From an uncultured Acidobacteriota bacterium (GTDB lineage: Bacteria > Acidobacteriota > Terriglobia > Terriglobales > Acidobacteriaceae): DNA of 64,000 nucleotides. Shown piece after piece: positions 1-9,262 of the stretch. The notes beneath the pieces were generated by a model. The model was not told the origin of the DNA. It did no database searches and worked only from the letters and a program-made list of their open reading frames with translations. The stretch lies in NCBI GenBank assembly GCA_963763795.1, contig CAVXPP010000002.1, positions 390,763 to 454,762 of the forward strand. The letters run 5' to 3'. Both the position numbers and the translations under genes were made by a program. Each line of letters starts with the position of its first letter. Within the stretch, counting starts at the first letter, position 1.

Positions 1-38
1 TTCGCAAGGCGAACGGCAACGCAGTCGAAAGATCCCTA
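1..38 (+). repeat. REP-like intergenic element family A (right half, truncated by window edge)
   Basis: ...gcgaaggcgaacggcaacgcagtcgaaagatcccta matches the right half of the copy at 23315..23375 (...gcgaaggcggacgaccacgcagtcgaaggatcccta). Confidence 0.6.
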
Positions 39-147
39 TCGTTGGAAGTAGTGTTGGCCCCCGTGAGTACTCTTTGACGAGCCGGCGGGACGCGCTGGCG
101 AAAGCTGCAAGCAACATCTCCACGCGCGCAGTTGTATAGTCAGTCGA

Positions 148-1200
148 ATGCTCCTCGAGGAAAACGTTCCGCTCGCGCCACTGACCACCTTCCACATCGG
201 AGGGCCGGCACGCTTCCTGATCGAAGCCAAGTCGCCCGAAGAAGTGCGCGAAGGGGTCACCTTCGCCCGATCGCGCGATCTCCCACTCTTTGTTTTGGGA
301 GGAGGCAGCAATCTCGTGGTGGCCGATGTCGGATGGCCCGGCGTTGTCCTGAAAATTGCCATCGCCGGAATCGAACAGCGTCCCGGCCAATACAAAGGAA
401 CGGTTCTGTTCGATGCCGGTGCCGGCGAATCCTGGGACCGCTTCGTCTCTCATGCGGTAGCTGCCGAATGCGCGGGCGTCGAATGCTTGAGTGGGATTCC
501 AGGCAGCATTGGCGGCACGCCCGTGCAGAACGTGGGCGCCTACGGACAGGAAGTCTCCGAAACCATCGATTCCGTTGAAGTATTCGACTTCCAGGACGGG
601 CAAGTACGCGAACTCTGCGGCGAAGCCTGCGGATTCTCCTACCGCTCCAGCATCTTCAATACGTCAGAGCGCGGGCGTTTCATCATCCTGCGAGTCACCT
701 ATGCGCTGATGCCCGGAGGCGCACCGCATCTCGAATACGCCGACCTGAAGAAGCACTTCGAGGGCAAAAAAACTCCTCCAACGCTTGCCGAGACACGCGA
801 GGCCGTGCGCCACATCCGCGCGCTCAAAGGCATGCTCATCGTGCCGGGCGATCCCGATTGTCAGAGTGCGGGCTCGTTTTTCAAGAATCCCGTGCTCACC
901 GAAACCGAGCATGAGGACTTGCAAAAGCGAGCCGCGCTGAAGGCCTTGACTCTGCCCAGCTATCCTGCACTGGAGAGCAAGAAAAAAGTTTCCGCAGCCT
1001 GGCTGGTCGAGAAATCCGGATTTGCCCGCGGATACGATCTCGGAAACGTCGGGATCTCCCGCAAGCACGCTCTCGCCATCATCAACCGCGGAGGAGCCAC
1101 CTCCGCCGAGGTTCTCGCCTTGAAAGATCAGATCCAGCAACGCGTCCAAGAAATCTGGGGTGTAATGCTGGAACCGGAACCGGAGATGGTCGGTTTCTAG
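148..1200 (+). CDS. murB: UDP-N-acetylenolpyruvoylglucosamine reductase (MurB)
   Basis: 350-aa ORF. N-terminal FAD-binding region (PLAPLTTFHIGGPARF, LGGGSNLVV) and C-terminal MurB-type region (SAGSFFKNP, KVSAAWLVEKSGF, ISRKHALAIIN). Confidence 0.9.
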   Translation: MLLEENVPLAPLTTFHIGGPARFLIEAKSPEEVREGVTFARSRDLPLFVLGGGSNLVVADVGWPGVVLKIAIAGIEQRPGQYKGTVLFDAGAGESWDRFVSHAVAAECAGVECLSGIPGSIGGTPVQNVGAYGQEVSETIDSVEVFDFQDGQVRELCGEACGFSYRSSIFNTSERGRFIILRVTYALMPGGAPHLEYADLKKHFEGKKTPPTLAETREAVRHIRALKGMLIVPGDPDCQSAGSFFKNPVLTETEHEDLQKRAALKALTLPSYPALESKKKVSAAWLVEKSGFARGYDLGNVGISRKHALAIINRGGATSAEVLALKDQIQQRVQEIWGVMLEPEPEMVGF

Positions 1201-1382
1201 GTTGAGGCTGCGGCTCCCAGCCGGCAAAGATCAGATCTCCGCTCTCACCGGTCAGTTCTCAGCGATCTCCGCGGCCTTTCTCAGCGACCTCTGCGGTTAA
1301 GGCTTGGGGCAAGTAGCATCTCCCCTGCTTTGGGCTGGCTCTTCTCGAACGCAAGATCAAAATCAAAAGCAAAGTCAAAAAC

Positions 1383-1407
1383 GGCGGACAGGAGTGTCCG
1401 CCCCACA
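1383..1407. repeat. Hairpin-CCACA intergenic element (family C)
   Basis: ggcggaca-ggag-tgtccgcc hairpin followed by CCACA. Same design at 30281..30307, 39104..39130 and 56204..56228. Confidence 0.5.
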
Positions 1408-1521
1408 AATCCGAGAGAACAAGTGCCACAGAACAAAAAGCGCCGCTCCGGATTGTGACCTTAGCCTTGAGCGGCGGTGACCCATCGAGGGGCGGTCGTG
1501 CGATCCGGCGCCAGCGGCGCT

Positions 1522-2277
1522 TCAGCCTTCTTTATCGGCAAGTCTTGCCGCCTGCTTAAATATTTCCACAAACATCTCCCGCGTCAGCTTACCGGTTTGC
1601 GTGTTCTGGTTCGACGTATGATAGGACGCGAGTAACACCTTACCGTCGGGCATCTGGTAACTCGCCCCATGACGGAAGGCGTAGGCTTTCTTGCTGAAAT
1701 GGGTGCCCCACTCTTCCGCGTTTTTTGCGGAAGGGTGGGCAAGGCGGCGCTTCCAGTAATTCAAATAAGCGTCGAATCCAATCTTCCCTAACGCGACCAC
1801 CACCTTCACCTTTTCTAATCCTGCCAGCTCCCGATCCAGAAAGTGCGAGCACTCGGCGAGTTCCTGCGGCAACGGCTTATTGTCCGGAGGCGCGCAGCGC
1901 ACCGCGGCCGTGATGTAAAGGTCGCGTAACTTCATCCCGTCATTGCGATCGGTCGCCGTGGGCTGGCTGGCGAACCCGGTCTCGTAGAGCACGGGATACA
2001 TGAAGTTCCCAGAAGCATCTCCGGTGAACGGACGTCCGGTACGGTTGGATCCGTGCGCGCCCGGAGCCAGCCCCATGATGAGAACGCGAGCGTCCGGATC
2101 GCCGAAGCCAGGCACGGGCTTGCCCCAGTATTCCCAGTCGCGGTAAGCACGCCGCTTCTCGCGAGCAACCTGCTCGCGGTACGCCACAAGACGCGGACAG
2201 CGTGTGCAGGCGATAACGTCGTGATTCAGAACCGTGAGCCAGGACACGTGTTCATTACACCACACGTGAGGGATCAA
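1522..2277 (-). CDS. Uracil-DNA glycosylase, family 4/5 (UdgB-like, Fe-S type)
   Basis: 251-aa ORF with GLAPGAHGSNRTGRPFTGD active-site motif, CTRCPRL cysteines and C-terminal ASYHTSNQN motif. Confidence 0.8.
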   Translation of the reverse strand: MIPHVWCNEHVSWLTVLNHDVIACTRCPRLVAYREQVAREKRRAYRDWEYWGKPVPGFGDPDARVLIMGLAPGAHGSNRTGRPFTGDASGNFMYPVLYETGFASQPTATDRNDGMKLRDLYITAAVRCAPPDNKPLPQELAECSHFLDRELAGLEKVKVVVALGKIGFDAYLNYWKRRLAHPSAKNAEEWGTHFSKKAYAFRHGASYQMPDGKVLLASYHTSNQNTQTGKLTREMFVEIFKQAARLADKEG

Positions 2278-2310
2278 TGAGAGTCAGGGATTGCTCGTCT
2301 GTCTGCGGGT

Positions 2311-2365
2311 GTGGCCCCCGTTTGACGGGGTGGAAGGAAGGAACGGCAAAACTGCCACACCCTCA
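2311..2365 (-). repeat. Intergenic element family E (GGCAGTTTTGCCGTTCCTTCCTTCCACCCCG core), inverted relative to 5491..5545
   Basis: The reverse complement reads gagggtgtggcagttttgccgttccttccttccaccccg. This is nearly identical to 5491..5530. Confidence 0.7.
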
Positions 2366-2448
2366 CGCCTCCTTAACCCCGCCCCCCAATTCCCCGGCGT
2401 GCGCGGCGCGTGCGCTCTTTTCGCCAGAGGAGGCGCGTGCTTCAGAGG

Positions 2449-4026
2449 CTAGCGTGATTGGAGAACTACATTGATGGTACTTGGTTTTGCTTCTCCTTGA
2501 CGATAATCGAAGAGCGGTACGTTTTCGAACTGCACTGCGATTTGGTTACGACGCATGATCTGCGGATTGCTAAGGGTAAGATCGGTTCCAGGACAAATAC
2601 CAAGGCCCCAGTCCGGTGGTGAAGTATTCGTACTTGAAAGGTAGAGATTGACCGTCTTGACCGGAGAAATGCCGAACTCAGCTGGCTCCGACCCGCCGTT
2701 TTGGACCCAGCCCCACGCAATCTCACCAGGACCATGCGGCGACTCTCCTTTTGCAAGTGGACAAGTGTCTTTGGACATATCCGCCCTCATCAACAAGAAC
2801 GACGGCCCACGCAACGGAGCGAGACAGTGAATGCGTCTGAAATATCCGCCTTCAGCAGAGCAGCGACCCACTTCAGGTAACAAAAAACTTCCTTCAGGAG
2901 TAACGAACTCTCGTGCGTGCTGATCAAGAAAGACACTGAGTGCCAGAGACACTTGGACCTTGACAGGAGATGACTTGAGACTCCCCAACAGCTTCTTCTT
3001 AAGGGCGAAGTCTATCTGCGACCGATCTTGTTCGGGAAAGAGAAACAGGCCCGGCGACTTCCAGCCGGAGTTCCATCGAATGCCGTTGTTGGATTCGATC
3101 TCAATCAAAACGCCGCTCATAATCAACACCGCCCCGGGAGCGATCCCAGAAACGCGCAGTGGCATCCGAATCTGCGCTTCGTCATTTTCCTGAGGTGCTG
3201 CCGCCTCACTAAAAGCCTTGTCCGGAGGCAACAGACTAATTTGTAGCGGCGGTAATTGTCCCAAACTGAGTGTTGGAAACTCGCGATCCACGAGAGTTTT
3301 GTAAGGAGTGAATGCCAAAATAAGAAGCATGGCGACTGCGAGTCCGACCAAGATCAGACGTGCTTTTGTTGTCTCGCGTCGAGCGTATTGAATCAGGATT
3401 ACAAAGAGGCACCCGCAAATCAGGAGTCCTGCCGTCACGGAATCCATGGGGCCTGAAAACCCGGAACTAGGAACGTACTCCGACATGGCCCCCATTCCAA
3501 CGGCATAGAGCACAGCAATCAACGAGGCCAGAATCATCTGTACGACAGTTGCTGTAACGGTCGCGAAAGCGACAATCGGCAAGATGAAGAACAACAACAT
3601 CATGATTTGCATCCACAGCAGGCCAACTGCGTGCTGTGCTGGAGAGAAGCCCGCTTTGGCGAGTAGGAACACTTGCGTTATTAGCAAAGGCAAATTGACG
3701 ACCGTCACCACGAATAACAGCTTCGCCGTTAGCAGTTTCTTCCATTCGTAGGGTCGAGTAACCCAAAACTGACGATTTCCAACGAGCGATTCTCCCTGGA
3801 TTGCGCGCACGGTGAGAAATGACCAGGCAACAGGAACTAACGCCACAATCAGGCCTGAAAGGAACCCGAAACTGAAGAAACCACCGAAACCATAGGCAAC
3901 GTCATCGTCGTGTGCCCAACCGCGCATCTCATTCCAGGCGAAAGCCACAAGCAGACATGCGGACACGGCACTCTCACGCCAGTAATGGCGCAGGTCCCCG
4001 AGGAAAATGTGTAGGACCTGTCTCAT
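2449..4026 (-). CDS. Multi-pass membrane protein with large C-terminal extracytoplasmic region (third gene of YtrA-type GntR/ABC operon)
   Basis: 525-aa ORF with about 6 hydrophobic helices in the N-terminal half. Lies 12 nt downstream of the ABC ATPase gene on the same strand. No recognisable catalytic motif. Confidence 0.6.
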   Translation of the reverse strand: MRQVLHIFLGDLRHYWRESAVSACLLVAFAWNEMRGWAHDDDVAYGFGGFFSFGFLSGLIVALVPVAWSFLTVRAIQGESLVGNRQFWVTRPYEWKKLLTAKLLFVVTVVNLPLLITQVFLLAKAGFSPAQHAVGLLWMQIMMLLFFILPIVAFATVTATVVQMILASLIAVLYAVGMGAMSEYVPSSGFSGPMDSVTAGLLICGCLFVILIQYARRETTKARLILVGLAVAMLLILAFTPYKTLVDREFPTLSLGQLPPLQISLLPPDKAFSEAAAPQENDEAQIRMPLRVSGIAPGAVLIMSGVLIEIESNNGIRWNSGWKSPGLFLFPEQDRSQIDFALKKKLLGSLKSSPVKVQVSLALSVFLDQHAREFVTPEGSFLLPEVGRCSAEGGYFRRIHCLAPLRGPSFLLMRADMSKDTCPLAKGESPHGPGEIAWGWVQNGGSEPAEFGISPVKTVNLYLSSTNTSPPDWGLGICPGTDLTLSNPQIMRRNQIAVQFENVPLFDYRQGEAKPSTINVVLQSR

Positions 4027-4038
4027 CGTGTGGCCTCT

Positions 4039-4938
4039 CTACATTCCATCTCTACCTGCCTTAGCCATTGCTAGAAAAATCGAGCGCAGTGACATCGGAG
4101 AGAACGTTACATTCTTGGCTTCTCCGAGCAAACTCCTAGCCTTGATGACGGTGGTCTCACGGTCAAAGCGACTCTCGATGAACCGGACCACTGCAGCAGA
4201 AGCACTTAGCTGCATCCAGGTGTCAGGTACATTATTCGGGAGCGGAGGTGGCGAATCGAACGTCAATTCCACCTCTCTGAAACGATCCAGCAAAGTTGTT
4301 AATTCTTCCGAGAATCGGAGCCGTCCCTCTTCGAGATAACCGATATGGCTGGCAAAGCTTTCAATCTCTGCAAGATCATGAGAAGAGATTAAGATTGTGG
4401 ACTCCTCAGCACGATCCAGCAAGCCTTGGATCAGTTCGTCGCGGACCAGCGGATCAAGACCGGTGAAAGGCTCATCAAGGACGATCAGCTTTGGGTGATA
4501 GGCAAGTGCACTTGCGAGAGCGGCCTTCATCCGCATCCCGCGTGATAGGTTGCGAAGCTTGCGTTTTAGCGGCAAGTCGAATTGCCGCACCAGTTCGTTT
4601 TCCAGACTTACATCCCATGAGGAATAGAAAGGTCTGAGAAATGCGAAGAAAGCATCTACGCGCATCCACTCGGGGAGTTCCTGGTTTTCTGATACGTAGC
4701 CAATTGATGCAAGTTGTTTTTGGTTTAGTTGGGTCGATTCGGTTTCCAGAACCTCGGCACGCCCTTTTGTCGCTCGGAGAATATTCATCAAGATTTTTAT
4801 GGCTGTAGTTTTTCCAGCACCGTTCGGGCCAACAAGGGCATAAACGGAACCCTCCGGGACGACTAGATCAAGTCCCCTTAGGGCTTCGACTCGCCAGAAT
4901 TGCTTATGAAGATCCTCTGTGCGAAGTGCGCTTTTCAT
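4039..4938 (-). CDS. ABC transporter ATP-binding protein
   Basis: Walker A GPNGAGKTT, signature LSRGMRMK, Walker B LIVLDEPFTGLD, H-loop SSHD. Confidence 0.9.
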   Translation of the reverse strand: MKSALRTEDLHKQFWRVEALRGLDLVVPEGSVYALVGPNGAGKTTAIKILMNILRATKGRAEVLETESTQLNQKQLASIGYVSENQELPEWMRVDAFFAFLRPFYSSWDVSLENELVRQFDLPLKRKLRNLSRGMRMKAALASALAYHPKLIVLDEPFTGLDPLVRDELIQGLLDRAEESTILISSHDLAEIESFASHIGYLEEGRLRFSEELTTLLDRFREVELTFDSPPPLPNNVPDTWMQLSASAAVVRFIESRFDRETTVIKARSLLGEAKNVTFSPMSLRSIFLAMAKAGRDGM

Positions 4939-5360
4939 CGTTTGCCGCGCCCTCCCCGATCAGGTTCCGGTTGTGCTGCATCAGCACTAAGACGTTTCCA
5001 ATGTCCTGACACCGAATCGCATACTTCACTAACGTCGATTCCGAGTTTCTTAGCCTCCACGACGAGCTGTTCAATCTCTGTCCCAAGCAACTGTACTCGC
5101 TCGGCGCGAGTCGACTCAGGAAGTGTTGCCACGACGGTTCCGATTCCCGGCCGCGACTCTAGCAATCCGAGCGCAACCAACTGGGTCACTACTTTATGCG
5201 CAGTGTTGGGGTTGATCTTTAATTCTCTGCTGATAAGACGGACTGACGGGAACGCATCCCCTGGGCGCAACTGGCGCGAAATGATAGCCTTCTTCGCCGC
5301 ATAGACGATCTGGTCGCATAGTGGGATTCCTGGCCGAAAGTCAACCCGAAAGGGGAGCAC
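4935..5360 (-). CDS. GntR-family transcriptional regulator, short YtrA-like subfamily
   Basis: 141-aa ORF (GTG start). Winged-helix region LRPGDAFPSVRLISRELKINPNTAHKVVTQLVALGLLESRPGIGTVV. 4-nt overlap with the downstream ABC ATPase gene. Confidence 0.85.
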   Translation of the reverse strand: MLPFRVDFRPGIPLCDQIVYAAKKAIISRQLRPGDAFPSVRLISRELKINPNTAHKVVTQLVALGLLESRPGIGTVVATLPESTRAERVQLLGTEIEQLVVEAKKLGIDVSEVCDSVSGHWKRLSADAAQPEPDRGGRGKR

Positions 5361-5365
5361 GGCCC

Positions 5366-5384
5366 GTACTATAACAGATAGTAC
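5366..5384. promoter_or_regulatory. Candidate GntR operator: perfect inverted repeat GTACTAT-N5-ATAGTAC, overlapping a TATAGT -10-like hexamer
   Basis: gtactataacagatagtac lies 6 nt upstream of the GntR start codon. On the gene strand, TATAGT sits 7 nt before the GTG. Confidence 0.35.
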
Positions 5385-5490
5385 GCCTGATGCAAAGGGT
5401 TATTTTCTGAACGAAAAGGCAAGCCTATCTGCCAGGCCAATTGGATTTTCGTTATAGGGGAGGAGTTGAACCGTAGAGCCAATGCTCTCA

Positions 5491-5545
5491 GAGGGGTATG
5501 GCAGTTTTGCCGTTCCTTCCTTCCACCCCGGCCCCCGTTTGACGC
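5491..5545 (+). repeat. Intergenic element family E, second copy
   Basis: gaggggtatggcagttttgccgttccttccttccaccccggcccccgtttgacg. Inverted partner at 2311..2365. Confidence 0.7.
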
Positions 5546-5670
5546 TGCTCTCCTTCTATCTTTAAACTCATGTTAACGGCAAGTAAACGGAGCCCGGGTC
5601 CCGTCGGCTTCGCGGGCCGTTTCCAGCCAGAGGTTGTCAGAGCCACGGCAGTCCGCTGAAAGGGTAAAAA

Positions 5671-6972
5671 GTGAGTCCCACAGAAACCGGCGTCATTACC
5701 AACGACGCAACCAAACAAGACGGCGTCAAACGCGAGATCTCGGTCGAAATCCCCGCGGAAGAAGTCAGCCGCGAGACCGAAATCATTGTGCAGAAATATC
5801 AGAAGGTCGCACGCCTGCCCGGTTTCCGCGCCGGACACGTGCCTGCCTCCATCATCCGCCAGCGCTTCAAAGAAGATCTCAAGAGCGACGTGGTCGAAGC
5901 GCTCGTCCCCAAATATTTCCGCAAAGAGGCGGAAAAGCTCGGAATGGTTCCCGTGTCGCAGCCGCGCGTCACCGATCTGCATATCCACGACGGCGAACCG
6001 CTGCGCTTCAAGGCCAGCTTCGAGATCATGCCCGAGATCAAAGTCGAAGGCTATAAGGAGCTCCGCGCCGACCATCCAGAAATCGCGGTCAAGGACGGCG
6101 AAGTCGAAGAAGCGCTGGCTAGCGTACGCGAGCAACATGCCACCTACACCTCCATCGAAGGACGTTCGCTCGCCGACGGCGACTTCGCCCAGGCCTCGAT
6201 GGATGGCAAGCCCAAAGAGGCCGACGACAAGACCAACCCAGTTCACATGGACGAAGTTCTGATCGAAATCGCCGGGAAGAACACAGTCCCAGAATTCAGT
6301 GAGCACCTGCGCGGCGTCAAAGCCGGCGATGAGCGCGAGTTCGAAGTGAAGTATCCCGACGATTCGGCCGACAAGCGTCTGGCCGGGAAGACCTTCATCT
6401 ACACGGTAAAGATTCAAGCCATCAAGCAGAAGAATCTTCCTGAGTTGACCGACGACTTCGCCAAGGAACTCGGCGAGTTCACGAGTCTGGAAGCCGTGCG
6501 CAAGCAGATTCGCGAGAACATGGAAGCCGAGCGCAAGCACACTGCCGAGCGCGAAGCCAAAGATAAGCTGATCAACGAACTGGTAAAGCGCAACGATTTC
6601 GAAGTGCCGGAGTCGCTCATCGACCGGCAGATCGATCTCCGCCTCGAACGCGGTTTGCGCGCGTTGGCGGCTCAGGGCATGAAGATGGAGGACATGAAGA
6701 AAATGGACCTGCCGCGCTTGCGGGCGGGCCAGCGCGACCAGGCTGTGCAGGATGTAAAGTCGTCGTTGTTACTGGAACGCATTGCGGAGCTAGAAAAAAT
6801 TGAGGTCGGCGAAGACGAGTTGAATCACGAATTAGAAGCCCTCGCCCAGCAGACCAAACAGACTCCGGAAGCGGTCCGCGCTCGATTGACACAAGATGGG
6901 GGCCTCGATAGAATCCGGAACAGAATCCGCAGCGAAAAGACCCTCGAATTTCTGTATCACCAGTCCGCGTAA
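5671..6972 (+). CDS. tig: Trigger factor
   Basis: 433-aa ORF (GTG start). The N-terminal ribosome-binding motif is GFRAGHVP (classical GFRxGxxP), followed by FKBP-type and C-terminal domains. Sits upstream of clpP-clpX-lon. Confidence 0.95.
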   Translation: MSPTETGVITNDATKQDGVKREISVEIPAEEVSRETEIIVQKYQKVARLPGFRAGHVPASIIRQRFKEDLKSDVVEALVPKYFRKEAEKLGMVPVSQPRVTDLHIHDGEPLRFKASFEIMPEIKVEGYKELRADHPEIAVKDGEVEEALASVREQHATYTSIEGRSLADGDFAQASMDGKPKEADDKTNPVHMDEVLIEIAGKNTVPEFSEHLRGVKAGDEREFEVKYPDDSADKRLAGKTFIYTVKIQAIKQKNLPELTDDFAKELGEFTSLEAVRKQIRENMEAERKHTAEREAKDKLINELVKRNDFEVPESLIDRQIDLRLERGLRALAAQGMKMEDMKKMDLPRLRAGQRDQAVQDVKSSLLLERIAELEKIEVGEDELNHELEALAQQTKQTPEAVRARLTQDGGLDRIRNRIRSEKTLEFLYHQSA

Positions 6973-7052
6973 GTCCAGAAAATACGCGGGCACTTTCGAT
7001 CCTCTCCAGGCAAGCTAGTGGTTGCATCGGGGCGGAGTGTGGCAGGTGGAAC

Positions 7053-7676
7053 GTGAAATCAAACGATAAAGATCCTCAGATGATGCTGGTACCGATGGTG
7101 ATCGAGCAGACCGGACGGGGCGAACGCGCCTACGACATCTATTCCCGGCTGCTCCGCGACAACATTATCTTTATCGGCACGCCGATTGACGACAACATCG
7201 CCAACCTGGTGATCGCCCAAATGTTGTTCCTGGCTCAAGAAGATCCGGAGAAAGACATCCAGCTTTACATCAACTCTCCCGGAGGCTCCATCACGGCCGG
7301 CATGGCGATCTACGACACCATGCAATACGTGAAGAACGATGTCATGACGCTGTGCGTGGGCCAGGCGGCATCCATGGCCGCGTTACTTTTGGCATCAGGC
7401 GAACCCAAAAAGAGATTGGCACTGCCCAATTCGCGGATTCTAATACATCAGCCTTCCATGGGAGGTTTGTCGGGACAAGCTACCGACATCGACATCCACG
7501 CGCGCGAGATTTTGCGCATGCGCGAGATTACCAACCAGTTACTTTCGAAACATAGCGGACAGAAACTGGACAAAGTCGAGAAGGATGTCGAGCGCGACTT
7601 CATTATGAACGCGCAGCAGGCTAAGGAATACGGAATCATAGACGATATCATCTATAAGACGGCAAAAGCGGTATGA
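7053..7676 (+). CDS. clpP: ATP-dependent Clp protease proteolytic subunit
   Basis: [23 protein letters not shown], catalytic Ser context GQAASMAA, and IHQP His. The start may be the internal ATG at 7080/7083 rather than the GTG at 7053. Confidence 0.95.
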   Translation: MKSNDKDPQMMLVPMVIEQTGRGERAYDIYSRLLRDNIIFIGTPIDDNIANLVIAQMLFLAQEDPEKDIQLYINSPGGSITAGMAIYDTMQYVKNDVMTLCVGQAASMAALLLASGEPKKRLALPNSRILIHQPSMGGLSGQATDIDIHAREILRMREITNQLLSKHSGQKLDKVEKDVERDFIMNAQQAKEYGIIDDIIYKTAKAV

Positions 7677-7779
7677 TCGGCCTTCGCGCCTGAGGTCAGA
7701 AACAAAGCGGCAGGAAGGACGGTTCACACAAAGTTGGAACCGGATCATGCCGCGGCAACCGCTGAAGGAGTAACGCCGA

Positions 7780-9060
7780 GTGAAAAACAAGTCGGGAACG
7801 GACGAAATACTTCGTTGCTCGTTCTGCCACAAGTCCCAGGACGCGGTCGCCAAACTCATCTCGTCCCCCAGCGATTATCCCCGGGCCTACATTTGCGACG
7901 AGTGCGTCGCGGTCTGCAATTCCATTCTTGAGGATGACCGCACCGCAACTCCTCCCAGCAGCACTCCCAACCAACTGCCCAAGCCGCAGGAAGTAAAAAC
8001 CTTCCTCGACGAGTACGTCATCGGCCAGGAGCAGACCAAGAAAAAGCTGGCCGTCGCCGTCTACAACCATTACAAGCGCATCTTCATGAACCGCCAGAAG
8101 ACCGGCGATGGCATCGAGCTGTCGAAGTCGAACATCATGCTGATCGGTCCCACGGGGACGGGCAAGACGCTGCTCGCCCAGACTTTGGCCCGCATGCTCG
8201 ATGTCCCCTTCGCTATCGTCGATGCCACCACGCTGACCGAAGCCGGCTACGTCGGCGAAGATGTCGAGAACATCATCCTGAAACTCCTGCAGGCCGCCGA
8301 TGGCGATGTTAGCCGCACCCAGACCGGCATCATCTACATCGACGAAGTCGATAAGATCGGGCGTAAGGACGAGAATCCTTCCATCACCCGCGACGTTTCC
8401 GGCGAAGGCGTGCAGCAGGCTTTGCTCAAGATTCTCGAAGGCACCATCGCCAACGTTCCACCCCAGGGTGGACGCAAGCATCCGCACCAGGAATTCACTC
8501 CGGTCGACACCACCAACATTCTCTTCATCTGCGGCGGAGCCTTCGTCGGTCTCGACAAAATTATTTCCCGCAGAATCGGCAAGAAGTCACTTGGGTTCCG
8601 GACGGGTGAGGACGCGGAAAAAGACGAAGCGTTCAGCTCCAAAAAGCGCACGCAAGAGTTGCTGCAGGAAATACAACCGGAAGACCTCATCAAGTTCGGA
8701 CTCATCCCGGAATTCGTCGGACGCCTGCCCGTCGTCGGCATGCTGGAAGATCTCGATGAGTTCGCGCTGATCGAAATCCTGACTCGTCCAAAGAACGCAA
8801 TCGTGAAGCAGTACCAGCGCCTGTTCGAATTCGAGAACGTGCGGCTGAAGTTCAACGACGAAGCTCTGCGGGCCATCGCCCGCCAGGCCATGGCGCGCAA
8901 GGTAGGCGCCCGCGGCCTCCGCATGATCCTTGAAGAACTCATGCTCGACTTGATGTTTAACCTTCCCAGCCAAAAGAAACTAAAGGAATTCGAAGTCACG
9001 CGGGAAATGGTCGAAAAACGCAGCGCTTCCTTCGCCACGGTCATGGAGAAAGCCGGATGA
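7780..9060 (+). CDS. clpX: ATP-dependent Clp protease ATP-binding subunit ClpX
   Basis: N-terminal zinc finger CSFCHK...CDEC, Walker A GPTGTGKT, Walker [13 protein letters not shown]-loop-like region. Confidence 0.95.
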   Translation: MKNKSGTDEILRCSFCHKSQDAVAKLISSPSDYPRAYICDECVAVCNSILEDDRTATPPSSTPNQLPKPQEVKTFLDEYVIGQEQTKKKLAVAVYNHYKRIFMNRQKTGDGIELSKSNIMLIGPTGTGKTLLAQTLARMLDVPFAIVDATTLTEAGYVGEDVENIILKLLQAADGDVSRTQTGIIYIDEVDKIGRKDENPSITRDVSGEGVQQALLKILEGTIANVPPQGGRKHPHQEFTPVDTTNILFICGGAFVGLDKIISRRIGKKSLGFRTGEDAEKDEAFSSKKRTQELLQEIQPEDLIKFGLIPEFVGRLPVVGMLEDLDEFALIEILTRPKNAIVKQYQRLFEFENVRLKFNDEALRAIARQAMARKVGARGLRMILEELMLDLMFNLPSQKKLKEFEVTREMVEKRSASFATVMEKAG

Positions 9061-9192
9061 GTTTACGCAAGCCTTTTGACCACGAAAGACACAACGCGGC
9101 CCCGAAGATTTTCTTCGTGAACCTTAGTGTCCTTCGTGGTTACTGCTTTTGAGGCACCTGCAAGTCTGAGAACGTTACAACTTAAATGCCAT

Positions 9193-9221
9193 TTCACCCA
9201 AGGGCCCCGGCAAGGTAGAAT
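9193..9221 (+). promoter_or_regulatory. Possible sigma70-type promoter for lon (TTCACC-17 nt-TAGAAT)
   Basis: Hexamers read directly from the sequence, about 40 nt upstream of the lon GTG. No experimental support. Confidence 0.3.
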
Positions 9222-9262
9222 GCCCCTAGGCGTCCGTTTCGCCGTCATCTCAGGGAGACTCA

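Noticed and set aside
5488-6540. 350-aa ORF on the minus strand
   Set aside because: It is entirely antisense to trigger factor. The composition (Gly/Ala/Leu/Arg-rich, no motifs) is typical of shadow ORFs in GC-rich DNA. tig on the + strand is unambiguous.
9061-9262. HrcA/CIRCE operator or sigma32 promoter upstream of lon (and of clpP at 6973..7052)
   Set aside because: I looked for TTAGCACTC-N9-GAGTGCTAA and for CTTGAA...CCCCAT spacing. No acceptable match was found. Only a generic sigma70-like pair is reported, at low confidence.
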